DNA of 64,000 nucleotides from Gemmatimonadaceae bacterium (GCA_051859245.1 JBHYGA010000004.1:768001-832000); one strand, 5' to 3'; shown: positions 28,008 through 37,996, counted from the first letter of the stretch. Notes: generated by a model not told the origin, from the sequence alone. Translations and numbers: made by a program.

Positions 28008-29180
28008 TTACCGCACCGCCATCACATGAATCACAAATGCGTCTTCGGTATCCCGAAGGTACAGCGTGTTGTCGCGCACCGCGAGCAACACCCGATCGCC
28101 AGGCAGCGTGACGCGATACGGCGATCCGGTGGCCGGAAACACGGTCCACACATTCTCCCGCACGACGGCCTTCGACGATAGCGAGCCACGCAGCGTCTGA
28201 AACACCGTCTCCACGCGTGCAGCACTCACCCACAGGGCGCCGTCGTTCGACGCTAGCGCACGTGTAGCGACAGAGTGAAGCGACGGTGTGTTCAGCAGCC
28301 GCGGAATTGGCGCATCGCTGTACCGCGGTGATGTACCGCCGCCGCTCATCGAGATCTGAAATCCCGAGCTGGCTACGCGACGTTGTGCAGTGCGCACATC
28401 GTCTGGTGTGACTTCGCGCGGTTCTTGGCGAATCGAGTCGGTGCGAATCGGTGTAAATCCGTTTGTTGTCACGCGCAACCAGCGTACCACGCCTGTATAC
28501 CCGTGAGCGATGGTCAACACGCTGTCGCCAAATAGTGCCCACGTCGCCTCTTGTCCAAATCCGGTGGACGAGAGTTCGGTTCGCGCGCCGGAGATTGAAA
28601 CGGCATGATCTGTACGCCATGACATCAGGGTGTCGATCCGGCCGCGCGCGTTAGTCAGAATCAGATGGCGAAAGTAGGGCTCGTTGCGAGGCGTCTGATC
28701 GTACGGCAAGCGGCCCTTTGCCAGCAGATCGGAGAACTCAAGCACGTGCCCGCTGCGCAATCCGAATCTCTCGTGGGTTGCGTCGGCGTCGCGCGTTGTG
28801 CCAATCCACCTCCCATCCGTGAGATAACGATGCTGACCGGCCACTTCGTCCGCCACGTAGATCGTATCACGGTGAATTCGTAGTGCCCACGGCTGCTGCA
28901 ACTCGCCGGGGCCTCCGCCTGCGTGTGCGATCGAGCGTGCACGTTTGCCGGTAGTGTCGAGCCGGTCGATCTGTTTGCTTGTGGCGTCGAACACGTAGAG
29001 CTGGCCGCGTGTATCCAGTGCCAGACCGGCCACTCGCCCCAGGGCATCGTCGATGCGCTCGCCAATGGTGCGCACGTGCCGGACCGTGCGCTCGGAAAAC
29101 GCCACGGGCGATTGGGCCGCAAGAGCTTCGCAGATCATGACACTTGCGCAGACCGCAGCAACCACCGTTTGTCTATGCAT
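28008..29180 (-). CDS. Secreted 6-bladed beta-propeller protein
   Basis: Signal MHRQTVVAAV..LAAQ; GGGPGEL, GQLYVFD, DTIYVAD, DGALWV. Confidence 0.8.
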   Translation of the reverse strand: MHRQTVVAAVCASVMICEALAAQSPVAFSERTVRHVRTIGERIDDALGRVAGLALDTRGQLYVFDATSKQIDRLDTTGKRARSIAHAGGGPGELQQPWALRIHRDTIYVADEVAGQHRYLTDGRWIGTTRDADATHERFGLRSGHVLEFSDLLAKGRLPYDQTPRNEPYFRHLILTNARGRIDTLMSWRTDHAVSISGARTELSSTGFGQEATWALFGDSVLTIAHGYTGVVRWLRVTTNGFTPIRTDSIRQEPREVTPDDVRTAQRRVASSGFQISMSGGGTSPRYSDAPIPRLLNTPSLHSVATRALASNDGALWVSAARVETVFQTLRGSLSSKAVVRENVWTVFPATGSPYRVTLPGDRVLLAVRDNTLYLRDTEDAFVIHVMAVR

Positions 29181-29308
29181 CCCGGCAACACCTCGAAACA
29201 ATGAAATCAAGTTTCTGCTCTGCCCCGGCGCTAAGCAGACGAGCCGTTGTTCTGACACCACCGCCATCCACGATGGATTCCCAGTCGCGAACGCCCAACG
29301 GAGCCAGA

Positions 29309-30472
29309 ATGTTCAAGCGCGGCGCACTGGTCGCACTCGGCTGCACAAGCCTGTTGGTAGCGCGCGTCGAGAGCCAGCCCCCAATCCCTGAACGTGATCT
29401 GAGCGCCGCGTACCGCACCTACGCCGCGCAGTTCACAGATATCGGCTACGCGCTGCCGCTCGCGAACGGTTCGCTCATGGTGGCCGACTTCGGTGAAATG
29501 ACACTCACGAGACTGGACGGACGAACCGGTGTCGCGCTCTCGGTGGGTCGAAAGGGCTCTGGTCCGAAAGAATATCAGGTGGCGGGTCAGTTGCTCCGTT
29601 TGCCGGGTGATACGATCGCCATGTACGACGCCGCGCAGTTGCGCATGCTGCTCGTTACGGCGGAGGGCGAGCCGATACGCACCGTTACGCTCTCAACAGA
29701 CCGACGCGAATTGCTCACCTTACCGCAGGCGTTCGCCACCGACGCGCGCGGACGCATTTACGCGCACGTATTTGCACGACCGGTTGGCGCTGCGAGAGAT
29801 TCCGCAACATCGCGAATCGACGTCGTGCGAATGCAGAATCTTGCCTCGTCAAAGTACGACACACTGGCAACGCTGTGGTTCGAACGATTGCCGCTGCTGC
29901 GCAAACCACTGGCTGATTCACAGACGCTACGAGTGAGTGTGAATCTCGCGTCGCTCTCTCCGTCAGACGCTGCAGTGGTCGCGCGCGACGGAACACTGCG
30001 CGTGATCAGGGGAGACGAATATCGCGTCGAGTTCATTGACGAGAACGGCACGCTGCAACGTGAGGTTCGTGTGCCAGGCGCTCGTTACCCGCTCCTGCCT
30101 GAAGAACGTCTCAAGATTGTACAGGAAACTCGCGACCAAACCGCGAAAGGCACCGCACACGCGCGTAGGCTACTCGATGCACGAACTCCAATACCGCGCG
30201 TTGTCATCGGGGAGCCTGACGAGTGGCCTGCGCAAAAACCGTACTTTCAGCTTGGCGCTCGGCTCAGCGACAATGGTTGGCTCTACATCCCAGTCAGTTG
30301 CGCCGAGCCCGACCGACAGTGCCTCGATGTGCTGAACCCCGACGGCGTGCGACACAACCGCTATCGACTTCCGAAACACGCGCGCTTTGTAACGGCGAGT
30401 GATCAGTTTGTGTTCGTCGTGCTGCGTGACGAGGATGATCTCGAGACGGTGGTCGCTTACCGCGCGCAGTGA
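29309..30472 (+). CDS. Secreted 6-bladed beta-propeller protein
   Basis: GGAG RBS; signal peptide; GRKGSGPKEY, PGDTIAMYD, WPAQKPYF, DEDDLETVVAY. Confidence 0.82.
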   Translation: MFKRGALVALGCTSLLVARVESQPPIPERDLSAAYRTYAAQFTDIGYALPLANGSLMVADFGEMTLTRLDGRTGVALSVGRKGSGPKEYQVAGQLLRLPGDTIAMYDAAQLRMLLVTAEGEPIRTVTLSTDRRELLTLPQAFATDARGRIYAHVFARPVGAARDSATSRIDVVRMQNLASSKYDTLATLWFERLPLLRKPLADSQTLRVSVNLASLSPSDAAVVARDGTLRVIRGDEYRVEFIDENGTLQREVRVPGARYPLLPEERLKIVQETRDQTAKGTAHARRLLDARTPIPRVVIGEPDEWPAQKPYFQLGARLSDNGWLYIPVSCAEPDRQCLDVLNPDGVRHNRYRLPKHARFVTASDQFVFVVLRDEDDLETVVAYRAQ

Positions 30473-30555
30473 GGCCGTATCCGACCCAAGCGCCGAGTCG
30501 TGCCACCGTCTGAACTGCTTAGCATCCTACGCGTACTGGTCAGCCCTCACGCACG

Positions 30556-31395
30556 GTGTGTATGTCTGCACCAGCAATCGCTCTCGCCTCTTCGGCCTTT
30601 CGCACCGGTCGCCACCTCGCAGCCAACACCGAGTGCGAGTTATCCCATTTGGACTTGCCCAAACCCTTGAAGCGTTCGCACAGGAACCGATTGCCGGTCC
30701 GCGCACTACTGCTTGCGGGAGCCGCGGCACTAGTCGCTTCAAGGGTGGCTTCAGCGCAATCCGTAAACGGCAGCCAACCCGCCGAGACTGCGGCGCCGGC
30801 GGCGGCGCCCGTGTTGAACCGCGCAGATTGGCGCATCGGGCCGTACGTCGGTCGCGCGGCCCAGTCTCCCGTGACCGAACGACTCGGAACGACGCCCGGC
30901 CGGTCACATCTATTTCTAGGTGTGCAGGCCGCCACACCGGTGCTTCAACTCGGTCGACTCGATATTTCGTACGTCGCCCAGCTCCTGCCACTCGTCCGCT
31001 TCCAGGGACGTACCGCGCCCATCGGCTACGGCGGACTCACCAGCGACGACGGCCTGCTGCTCAGCCAGGACGTCGCCTACGCGGTGGGCATTTCGCCGTT
31101 CGGCATCGAGATGGCGTCACCACGCACGAATCGCGTCGCATTCTTTGCGGCCACGTCGGCCGGCGGGCTGTATTTTCGCGACCCGTATCCCATTCCCGAG
31201 TCGGGCCGCTTCAACTTCACGCTCGAGTACGGCGCCGGCGCGTTGATTCGTGTAGCCGACGCGCGTTGGATTCGCGCCGGCTACAAGTACCATCATCTGT
31301 CAAACGCGTACACGGCCCAGCAGAATCCCGGCGTGGACGGAAACGTGTGGTACGCGGGTTTTGAGTGGGGGCTCTCCCTGCCGCGGTCGCGCTGA
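30556..31395 (+). CDS. Acyloxyacyl hydrolase / PagL-like lipid A deacylase (true start probably near 30670-30690)
   Basis: FNFT..G.G, YHHLSNA, NPGVD motifs of the PagL family; signal ..VASAQ. Confidence 0.82.
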   Translation: MCMSAPAIALASSAFRTGRHLAANTECELSHLDLPKPLKRSHRNRLPVRALLLAGAAALVASRVASAQSVNGSQPAETAAPAAAPVLNRADWRIGPYVGRAAQSPVTERLGTTPGRSHLFLGVQAATPVLQLGRLDISYVAQLLPLVRFQGRTAPIGYGGLTSDDGLLLSQDVAYAVGISPFGIEMASPRTNRVAFFAATSAGGLYFRDPYPIPESGRFNFTLEYGAGALIRVADARWIRAGYKYHHLSNAYTAQQNPGVDGNVWYAGFEWGLSLPRSR

Positions 31396-31439
31396 GCAAG
31401 ATCCGGTCGTGAGCGAACGGCGGCGACACAGCACGAGCG

Positions 31440-32285
31440 TTACGAAAGTGGAAGATCAGCCGCCTGAGCAATCACACCGCCAAGTGCGCCCCGATGCTCT
31501 CGAGTATTCGCCCAATCGTCTTCCGACTGCGGCAGAAAGAACTCGCCGCTGCGACGATCCTGCAGCAGCGCACCGGGCTCTCGATGCGTGTTCGCCGCAT
31601 TGAACGCATCGGTCTCTGCAATCATGCGTCGGAAATGCAGCGCGGCGTCCTCAACGCTGTACGCTCCCGTGAAGCGAAGGTACGCGGCGTCTTCGGGCGT
31701 CAGCGTGCGTCGACGGAACTGTTCGAGATACGAAGCAGGATTGAGTCCGGGGTTCTTCTCGACAACGGCCCAAACCAACGCCGGAAACGGGAGGATATGA
31801 ACATCCGCGAAGATCACATCCACTACATCACGCGGCTCACGACGGTTGGCGAGTGCGACCAGCTTGTTGATTGCGAGATCGATCGGGTGCAGCATGACAC
31901 CGCCGCCCTCGATGGGAACCAGCGGCAGGAATCGCCACGAGGATTCGTGTGCCCAGTCCAGAACTGTCGATTCCTTCTCGCGGTGTACCACCGAAGGTTT
32001 TCCGCTACTCGACTGAGGACGCAGCATCTGCTCGAGCCGAGCCGCGGCTCGCCACGCGTCACGCCCCCCGTGTTTGCGCAGGCCATCGGCGACCCACGAG
32101 ACGTCCTTGGCGCCGACGACCAGATCGGGCCGAGCCCACCAAAAGCACTGCAGATAGTGGACTCGATAGAGCTTACGCGCCTCCCGCACCGCGACCATCG
32201 CGCGAGCGCTCTCGGAACTGAGCGCTCGCCGACTGCGGAGTTCGCCAAGGCGGCCCGCTTCAGCAGTGGTCATGCGTGTGGTCAT
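31440..32285 (-). CDS. Hypothetical protein: antitoxin-like N-terminus fused to an AbiEii-like C-terminal half (possible deletion product)
   Basis: N-part CFWW..DL..GLRKHGGR; C-part DWAHESSWRF..LHPIDLAINKLVAL.NRREPRDVVD; no GG-x-A/S-x-D-x-D NTase motif. Confidence 0.6.
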   Translation of the reverse strand: MTTRMTTAEAGRLGELRSRRALSSESARAMVAVREARKLYRVHYLQCFWWARPDLVVGAKDVSWVADGLRKHGGRDAWRAAARLEQMLRPQSSSGKPSVVHREKESTVLDWAHESSWRFLPLVPIEGGGVMLHPIDLAINKLVALANRREPRDVVDVIFADVHILPFPALVWAVVEKNPGLNPASYLEQFRRRTLTPEDAAYLRFTGAYSVEDAALHFRRMIAETDAFNAANTHREPGALLQDRRSGEFFLPQSEDDWANTREHRGALGGVIAQAADLPLS

Positions 32286-32344
32286 ACTCGGTACGTAAGC
32301 GCTTATGATCCGACAGACAATGCACCGAGCACCAAGACAATGGC

Positions 32345-32725
32345 TTAGCGCGGCACCGCCTCCGTCTGATAGAACGAAAACGTGTACCCATCCGGATCGG
32401 CAAAGTCCGCCGACCACCCGCCCGGCGCATGACTCACCGGCGTCACGATCGTGGTGCCCGCCGCCGCCAGATCGGCCATCACCGCATCAATGCCACCCGA
32501 CTCGAGATTGAACACGAGAATCGGTGAGTTGCCCGTGCGCACGTCGCCGTTGAAAAACAGCAGGTCCACATTGCCCTCAATCGACGCAATCAGCCACGGA
32601 CGGCCGCCGCCGTCGTCGGGCTGTTTCTGCAGCGAAAGACCAATCACATCGCGGTAAAACGCCTCCGTGCGATCCAGGTCGGAGACATAGAAGAACACGG
32701 CGCCAATACGGGGGGACTTGAGCAT
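32345..32725 (-). CDS. VOC (glyoxalase/bleomycin resistance) family protein
   Basis: VSDLDRTEAFYRDVIGL, FADPDG. Confidence 0.92.
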   Translation of the reverse strand: MLKSPRIGAVFFYVSDLDRTEAFYRDVIGLSLQKQPDDGGGRPWLIASIEGNVDLLFFNGDVRTGNSPILVFNLESGGIDAVMADLAAAGTTIVTPVSHAPGGWSADFADPDGYTFSFYQTEAVPR

Positions 32726-32730
32726 GGTGA

Positions 32731-33414
32731 CTACTCCGGGTGAGTGCGGTTTGACAAAGGACTCCGTGCCTGTGTGTTGCCGCCGATCGGTAAAACGTGA
32801 GCATCCTTTCGCGAAAGCACGAGCAAGTGCCCATCGGGATCGTGCGCGCCGGCCGATTGTGAGGCCACCACCACGGGCAGTAGCGCGCGGCGGATCAGGC
32901 CGAGTGGTAGGGCGCGGTCCGCGCTCGGCCCGTGCGCTCCAGGTGTTTCAAGCTGCCGCAACTTGCGTCGCAGCATGGCAATGCGTTGACGCATGGCGGC
33001 CTCGCTCACCTTCAAAAGCCAAGCGATCTCGCGACGGTCATGACCGCTCAACGCCAACAGCGCCACCTGTTGCAGCGAAGGCGGCAACTGTGCGATCTCG
33101 GGTATCTCGCGCCACGGGAGCGGCACACTTTCCAGCGCAGATGCCGGCTCGTGATGGTTCGTGTCTTCCGCCGTCCAGCGCGCTTCGCGCAATCGGCGAC
33201 GTACCGCACCGCGCGCTCGCATGGCGCCGAGGTTTCGAATCGTCCCCGTAATCCAGCGATAGTTTGCCGCCTGCGTGAGATCGGCGCGACCCGCACGCAC
33301 CGCCTCAAGCAACGCGTCCTGCAACAGGTCATCGGCTTCGTCGCTCACCCGACTATGTGCGCGTGCCACGGCGCGCAGCGCGTTGAGTGGTTCGAGAATC
33401 GGATCGGGTGGCAT
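32731..33414 (-). CDS. ECF-type RNA polymerase sigma factor
   Basis: ADDLLQDALL region 2; LP...QVALLALSG..RREIA.LL region 4; C-terminal DPDGHL. Confidence 0.85.
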   Translation of the reverse strand: MPPDPILEPLNALRAVARAHSRVSDEADDLLQDALLEAVRAGRADLTQAANYRWITGTIRNLGAMRARGAVRRRLREARWTAEDTNHHEPASALESVPLPWREIPEIAQLPPSLQQVALLALSGHDRREIAWLLKVSEAAMRQRIAMLRRKLRQLETPGAHGPSADRALPLGLIRRALLPVVVASQSAGAHDPDGHLLVLSRKDAHVLPIGGNTQARSPLSNRTHPE

Positions 33415-33548
33415 GCGTGAGACAATGTGCCAACGTCACGAGGCCGGCACTAGTGGACTACGCCCCACGATCGCTCGGCTCATCACGCCGAACAGACGGC
33501 ACGCCACCCGGCACTGGCGTTCGTCCCGAGGAAGCGCGAGCGTCAAGC

Positions 33549-34352
33549 ATGATTGAACGCGTATTGATTGCCGACGATGAGCCGCTCGCCCGGGAGCGGA
33601 TTGAGGCACTGGTTCGGGCCCATGCGCCGAGTGCGCAGATTCGTACGGCTGGCGACGGCACAACCGCCGTGCGCCTCATCAATGAATGGGCGCCGCACGC
33701 AGTGCTGCTCGACATTCAGATGCCCGGCAAAGACGGGTTTGAGGTGGTGGAAGCGGTGGGTGTCACACGCATGCCGCTCACGGTGTTCGCCACCGCGTAT
33801 GACGCACACGCCATGCGTGCCTTCAACGCGGCGGCGGTCGACTACCTGCTCAAGCCGTTCGACGAAGAGCGCTTTGCCGTGGCCTGGCAGCGCGTGGCAC
33901 GCCTGCACGCGGCGTCTGTGCTTGCCCACGAGGCGCAACATCTGGGTGCGCTGCTCAATGCTGTGCGCAGCTCCGATGCGCCAAACACTGTGGTTGAACC
34001 CTCGTCGCGTCCGAGCATCGCGGAACGATTCATGGTGCGCAAAGGCGAACGCACCATTGTGGTGCCGGTCAGCGAGATTCGCTATCTGCAATCCGACGGC
34101 AACTACGTGGAACTGCGCACCGCACAAGGAACACATGTGATGCGTGAAACCATGGCGCATGTGGAAGAGCGACTCGATCCCACCAAGTTCGTGCGTATAC
34201 ACCGGCGCGTGATCGTTGCCATCGAGTTCATCAAGGAACTGCAGCCGTGGTTTGGTGGGGATCAGATTCTCGTGCTGAAAGACGGGTCCAAGTTGCGCGT
34301 GAGTCGCACGCGACGCGAAGCGGTCGCCTCGCGACTCGCGGGACTCGGATGA
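33549..34352 (+). CDS. LytTR family response regulator
   Basis: IADDEPLAR, LDIQMP, TAYD, DYLLKP; LytTR domain FVRIHR..VSR. Confidence 0.95.
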   Translation: MIERVLIADDEPLARERIEALVRAHAPSAQIRTAGDGTTAVRLINEWAPHAVLLDIQMPGKDGFEVVEAVGVTRMPLTVFATAYDAHAMRAFNAAAVDYLLKPFDEERFAVAWQRVARLHAASVLAHEAQHLGALLNAVRSSDAPNTVVEPSSRPSIAERFMVRKGERTIVVPVSEIRYLQSDGNYVELRTAQGTHVMRETMAHVEERLDPTKFVRIHRRVIVAIEFIKELQPWFGGDQILVLKDGSKLRVSRTRREAVASRLAGLG

Positions 34353-35527
34353 ACTCGCCATCGCGCGCGCGAGGGCACATGCCCTGGCGCATGCGCGCAT
34401 TGATGATCGGGTTCTGGGTGATCCCGGCGTTGATTGCAACGTCGGGGTTCACCGTGGTGCCTTCCTTCTACAATCCTGATCTCAGCTTGCCCGCGATCTT
34501 TGTGGCGCAACTGATTATCTGGTTGTCGTGGGGTGGGTGGTCGTTGCTGATTGCTGCGCTCATTCACCGCGTCCCGTTCGAGCGGGAGCGTTGGTGGCGT
34601 GCGGTGCTGGCACATATTCCGCTCTGCGCGCTGGTGGTGAGTGCGCAGATCGTGATCATGTTCATTGTGCTTGATGTGACGGGCATCAGTGGGCGACGCT
34701 CAGTAGTTTCGGCTGCCCTCACCGACTGGGTTGGCATTGCCCCACCACTCCCGCCAGACGCCGCGCCCATCGGCCTCAACAGTGTCTTCGCACTCGGTGT
34801 GCGCGGCTACGGCGACTCGCTGCTCATGGTATACGTGGCAGTCGTTGGTACGCTCACCGCACTGCGCTGGTACGAGGAGTGGCGCACCGCGCAGGTGCAG
34901 GCCGCGCAAATGCGCGAAGATCTCACGCGCGCACAACTGCAGGCGCTACAGGCACAGCTTAATCCGCACTTTTTGTTTAACGCCCTCAATGCCGTGGTCA
35001 CGTTGATCAAACGCGACCCAGTCGCTGCGGAACGCACCACCATTCGACTGGCGGATCTGCTCCGTGCCACGCTCACCGTCGGTGATGAAACGGCCATCGC
35101 GCTGGGGCAGGAGCTCGAGCTCACGAGCCGCTATCTGGAAATTGAGCAAGTGCGATTTCCCGACCGCTTGCGCGTGGAATGGCAGATCCCGGACAATGTG
35201 CGCGAGTTGAGCGTGCCGCCCTTCACGCTGCAACCGCTCGTGGAGAACGCGGTGCGACACGCCGTGAGTCGCAATCCCGAGGGTGGAACGATCACCGTGA
35301 TGGCCTCGCGTACCGCAGATGCGCTGGTGCTCACGGTACGCGATCAAGGTGCCGGCGCCGACAACGCCTCTGCACGCAACAACGGAACGGGTTCTGCCCT
35401 GCGCAATCTGCGCTCACGTTTGCAGCGCGCCTTTGGTGAGCGGGCGTCGCTTGAGCTGCGCGAGCGTAGCGAAGGCGGAACGGACGTGGTGGTGCAACTA
35501 CCGATCACGCCGCAGCGCGGCGCCTGA
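34349..35527 (+). CDS. LytS/YehU-type sensor histidine kinase
   Basis: N-terminal TMs; QLNPHFLFNALN, LQPLVENAV.H; ATGA overlap. Confidence 0.93.
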   Translation: MNSPSRARGHMPWRMRALMIGFWVIPALIATSGFTVVPSFYNPDLSLPAIFVAQLIIWLSWGGWSLLIAALIHRVPFERERWWRAVLAHIPLCALVVSAQIVIMFIVLDVTGISGRRSVVSAALTDWVGIAPPLPPDAAPIGLNSVFALGVRGYGDSLLMVYVAVVGTLTALRWYEEWRTAQVQAAQMREDLTRAQLQALQAQLNPHFLFNALNAVVTLIKRDPVAAERTTIRLADLLRATLTVGDETAIALGQELELTSRYLEIEQVRFPDRLRVEWQIPDNVRELSVPPFTLQPLVENAVRHAVSRNPEGGTITVMASRTADALVLTVRDQGAGADNASARNNGTGSALRNLRSRLQRAFGERASLELRERSEGGTDVVVQLPITPQRGA

Positions 35528-36292
35528 CGACAGCGGCGCCACCGTCTGCGCCGCGGCCGCTTGCAGGGCTCGCACTGCCGACGCCGCAATCGCTGGTGCG
35601 CCGGGAATCGTATCCGGCAATGACTCCGGATTCACGCTTCGCACACTCGCGTAAATCACCAGTGAGGCGAGGTACGCGCCCTGCTTGCTTGCGTGCAGTC
35701 CATCGGACGCGTACAACGGCACGGCGTTGGTCGTAGTCAAATACACGTGCCATGCCGCACCCGCGGGTGCCAACACGCCGCTCACGGCCGCCGCCGCACC
35801 GGCGTACGACTGTCTCACGGCTGGAAAATCCTGCGGACGCGAAATGTGCGGCCACACCTGATACAACACCGGCTTGGCGTTGGCGCTGCGAATCAGTGGA
35901 GTGAACTGCTGCGTCCAGTACGACAGGTGCTGCTGACTGGCCGGCAGCGAAGAGGGCCCTTGCTGCATCACCACGTACTCCCACTTGGACCGCTCAAGTG
36001 CCTGACGCGCTGAGCCTTCATGCCAATGATCTTCGAGCGCGGCATCGGCGAATGCGATCGTGGTGGTGCGGAACGTGGTGTCACCATCCTGGCGTGCGAT
36101 CGCGACCAGCATGCCCGGCACATCTTCCACGTACGTGAACGAGTTGCCAATGAACAACACGCGCGTGAGCCCGTCGGGATACGTGGTAATGCCCGTTGGA
36201 CCACCGGTGGTAAGGCAAGCGCTGACTGCCACTGCGGCAAGGCACACGATCGCCACACGCACACCACTTTGGAAAGCGAAGAGATTTGTCAT
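35498..36292 (-). CDS. SGNH/GDSL hydrolase family lipoprotein
   Basis: VSAC lipobox; VLFIGNSFT; DGLHAS..GAYL. Confidence 0.88.
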   Translation of the reverse strand: MTNLFAFQSGVRVAIVCLAAVAVSACLTTGGPTGITTYPDGLTRVLFIGNSFTYVEDVPGMLVAIARQDGDTTFRTTTIAFADAALEDHWHEGSARQALERSKWEYVVMQQGPSSLPASQQHLSYWTQQFTPLIRSANAKPVLYQVWPHISRPQDFPAVRQSYAGAAAAVSGVLAPAGAAWHVYLTTTNAVPLYASDGLHASKQGAYLASLVIYASVRSVNPESLPDTIPGAPAIAASAVRALQAAAAQTVAPLSSGAALRRDR

Positions 36293-36484
36293 GTCGCAAG
36301 CTGTCGCGACAAGCGCCACGCCACGTATCGAGGGGGCCACGCGGTAACATCGTGTGGGCCAACTGCTCACGTTGAGTGATCAGTCGCGCAACACGCACTT
36401 CTTCGCGCCATTCGCGCTTTTCGCGCCTTCCTGTGCCCTTCACCTGCACCTGCAGCCCAAGCTGGTGTGGAGCGTATCGCGGAC

Positions 36485-36678
36485 GTGCGCCTAATGCTGA
36501 GGGAACTGCGGCGGGAAGGACACGAAGGCACGAAGAACACAAAGAAGAGCAACTGCAAAGGATTTTGTTAGGAAACAACAACAGCACGGCGGTTGAAACC
36601 CCTCGAATGTTTTGCTGTTTTCGTGTCCTTCGTGCTTTCGTGCCCTTCCCGCCGCAGTTCCCTCAGCATTAGGCGCAC
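36485..36678. repeat. REP/MITE-like element with about 59-bp inverted arms containing short CACGAAG-type tandem units
   Basis: Left gtgcgcctaatgctgagggaactgcggcgggaaggacacgaaggcacgaagaacacaaa vs revcomp of right gtgcgcctaatgctgagggaactgcggcgggaagggcacgaaagcacgaaggacacgaa. Confidence 0.85.
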
Positions 36679-36702
36679 CCCGCTGAATGACAAAACTGCC
36701 AC

Positions 36703-37902
36703 TTACCCGCCGTGATACCGCCGCAACCAGTCCGTACTCCACTGCGCAAACGAACCATCAATCACCGCTCGCCGCGCCGCCGCCATCAGCTCGATAACAA
36801 ACGTCACGTTGTGAATCGCCAGCAGCCGCTGCCCCAGCGGTTCATTCGCCGAGAACATGTGACGCAGAAACGCGCGGTCGTACTGCGTGCACGCTTCGCA
36901 CGCGCAATCGGCCACCAGCGGCCGACGATCCGTTCGATACGCCGCCTGCAGAATTTGTGCTTTGCCATCAGGTGTAAACGCTGTACCGTCACGCCCCATG
37001 CGGTTGGGCGCCACGCAGTCGAACATATCAATTCCGCGCCGCACCGCTTCCACGAGATCGTCAGGAAATCCAACGCCCATCAAATAGCGCGGGCGATCCA
37101 CCGGCATGAGTGGTTCGCACACCTCGATCGTGCGGTGCATATCGGTTTTCGCTTCACCCACCGACAAGCCACCGATCGCCACACCAACCCAGTCGCCACT
37201 GGCGAGAATGCCGCGCACGGATGCCCGTCGCAACTCGTCGTGCACACCGCCTTGCACAATCGGAAACAGCGCCTGCGCCGGAGCAACACGCTCGTCATCA
37301 GGATGCGGTTCTTCACGCCCTTCAAGAGGCGGCAACACCAGGCCAGGCTCACGCCCCTCGCGCGTGATGCGATCAAACTCCACTCGGCAGCGGTCGAGCC
37401 AGCGCAAACTGCGCTCCATTGCCGAACGCGCCGCGGCTTCGTCACTGCCGCCGGCAATGAGTTCGTCGAGCTGCATGATCACATCAGCGCCAAGATTGCG
37501 CTCAATCTGCATCACACGCTCAGGCGTGTAATCGTACATCGTACCATCAAGGTGACTGCGAAACTCAACCCCTGATTCACGCACCTTGCGATACTTGGCC
37601 AGCGAAAACACCTGAAACCCGCCCGAATCGGTGAGCATCGGGCCCGTCCAGCGCGTAAACGCGTGCAGTCCGCCCAGTGCGCGCACCATCGGATCACCCG
37701 GGCGCAGGAACAGATGGTACGCATTGGAGAGCATCATGCGGCCGCCCGTAGCGGCCACATCGTGCACCGACAAGCTGCGCACCACGCCGTGCGTGCCCAC
37801 AGGCATGAAGGCCGGCGTTTGCAGGTCGCCATGCGGCGTGGTGAAGACGCCGGCGCGAGCGGAGCCGTGGGTTGCTTCGGTGCGAAATGCGAAGGGCGTC
37901 AT
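36703..37902 (-). CDS. tgt: tRNA-guanine(34) transglycosylase
   Basis: TPAFMPVGT, TDSGGFQVFSL, GGLSVGE, PRYLMGVG, DMFDCV, Zn site CxCxxC..H. Confidence 0.96.
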   Translation of the reverse strand: MTPFAFRTEATHGSARAGVFTTPHGDLQTPAFMPVGTHGVVRSLSVHDVAATGGRMMLSNAYHLFLRPGDPMVRALGGLHAFTRWTGPMLTDSGGFQVFSLAKYRKVRESGVEFRSHLDGTMYDYTPERVMQIERNLGADVIMQLDELIAGGSDEAAARSAMERSLRWLDRCRVEFDRITREGREPGLVLPPLEGREEPHPDDERVAPAQALFPIVQGGVHDELRRASVRGILASGDWVGVAIGGLSVGEAKTDMHRTIEVCEPLMPVDRPRYLMGVGFPDDLVEAVRRGIDMFDCVAPNRMGRDGTAFTPDGKAQILQAAYRTDRRPLVADCACEACTQYDRAFLRHMFSANEPLGQRLLAIHNVTFVIELMAAARRAVIDGSFAQWSTDWLRRYHGG

Positions 37903-37996
37903 TGCGCGCCCTCAGAGAGAAGTGGCATGCGGGAACGTAACCGGCGGTTTGACAGGCTGGGAGCGCCAGCGCTACGATTTGCGTTGAGGACATATC

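Noticed and set aside
27988..28620. N-terminal 210 aa of the 852-aa ORF 26062-28620
   Set aside because: Overlaps the propeller gene in another frame; RBS, GTG and signal peptide place the start at 27987
36395..36678. Possible CRISPR array or tRNA
   Set aside because: Units are 8-9 bp without spacers and are arranged as an inverted repeat; no cloverleaf or cas genes
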